Positions 63,801-64,000 of a stretch of 64,000 bases of DNA are shown here, piece after piece. Position 1 is the first letter of the stretch. Each line of letters opens with the position of its first letter. This DNA comes from Camelus ferus (taxonomy: Eukaryota), in the NCBI RefSeq assembly GCF_009834535.1, contig NC_045697.1:116190001-116254000 (forward strand). The letters are read 5' to 3'. The translations under genes and the position numbers were made by a program. A model generated the notes under the pieces. It made no database searches and was not told the DNA's origin. It saw only the letters and a list, made by a program, of their open reading frames with translations.

Positions 63801-64000
63801 TGTTAGATGAAGGAAACACACTAAATAAACTCACAATGACTACTGCATGAATACAATCAAAGACACAAATGTGTAGCTACGAAGGAAAACAGCCACCCCA
63901 CCACATGCAAAGTGGGAACAAGGACTTTCAAAGGGAAATGATTCTACCATGTTGCCTCCCACAGAGTTCCCTCGAAGGGATGGAGATTTAAACCACACCA

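Larger units (their letters stand above)
9943..64000 (-). other. RAPGEF2: RAPGEF2 intron 1 (3' part, >54 kb); exon 1 (MASYVDNSF...PERTPQ) was not found and presumably lies beyond the right edge
   Basis: No exon 1 coding sequence seen by eye. Repeat-rich sequence with many long A-tracts on + (U-tracts in the pre-mRNA) fits a minus-strand intron. Confidence 0.8.

Noticed and set aside
1..64000. A novel multi-gene or prokaryote-type system
   Set aside because: The only supported host coding sequence is two RAPGEF2 exons. The other ORFs are short, non-homologous or transposon-derived.

Overview
This is mammalian genomic DNA, most likely from a camelid: it carries five tRNA-derived Vic-1-type SINEs, and I saw no Alu or Bov-A/CHR SINEs. 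The window lies inside RAPGEF2 (PDZ-GEF1), transcribed on the minus strand. Only two coding exons are present: a 71-nt exon at 9872-9942 (DLEIVYSYLHGMEALSNLREHQLR) and a 57-nt exon at 4662-4718 (LMCETVRYERHEANEVLYY). They match exons 2 and 3 of the long RAPGEF2 isoform and are missed by the ORF track. The rest is intron: more than 54 kb of intron 1, the 5,153-nt intron 2 and the start of intron 3. The introns are filled with L1, L2, MIR, SINE, MaLR-LTR and Tigger/Charlie DNA-transposon relics, several nested with readable target-site duplications (TSDs). I found no rRNA, true tRNA, CRISPR array or novel multi-gene system. The best leads are: a recursive-splice-like AG|GTAAGA site in intron 1; an EGR/CRE/tandem E-box motif cluster about 4 kb upstream of exon 2; a sense L1 inserted about 20 nt after the exon 2 donor; patchy AT-to-GC-shifted repeats, including an L2-derived CpG island-like stretch; an unexplained GC-rich insert inside an L1; and a perfect 66-bp tandem duplication. 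Repeat family names come from recalled consensus sequences, and old-repeat boundaries are approximate.
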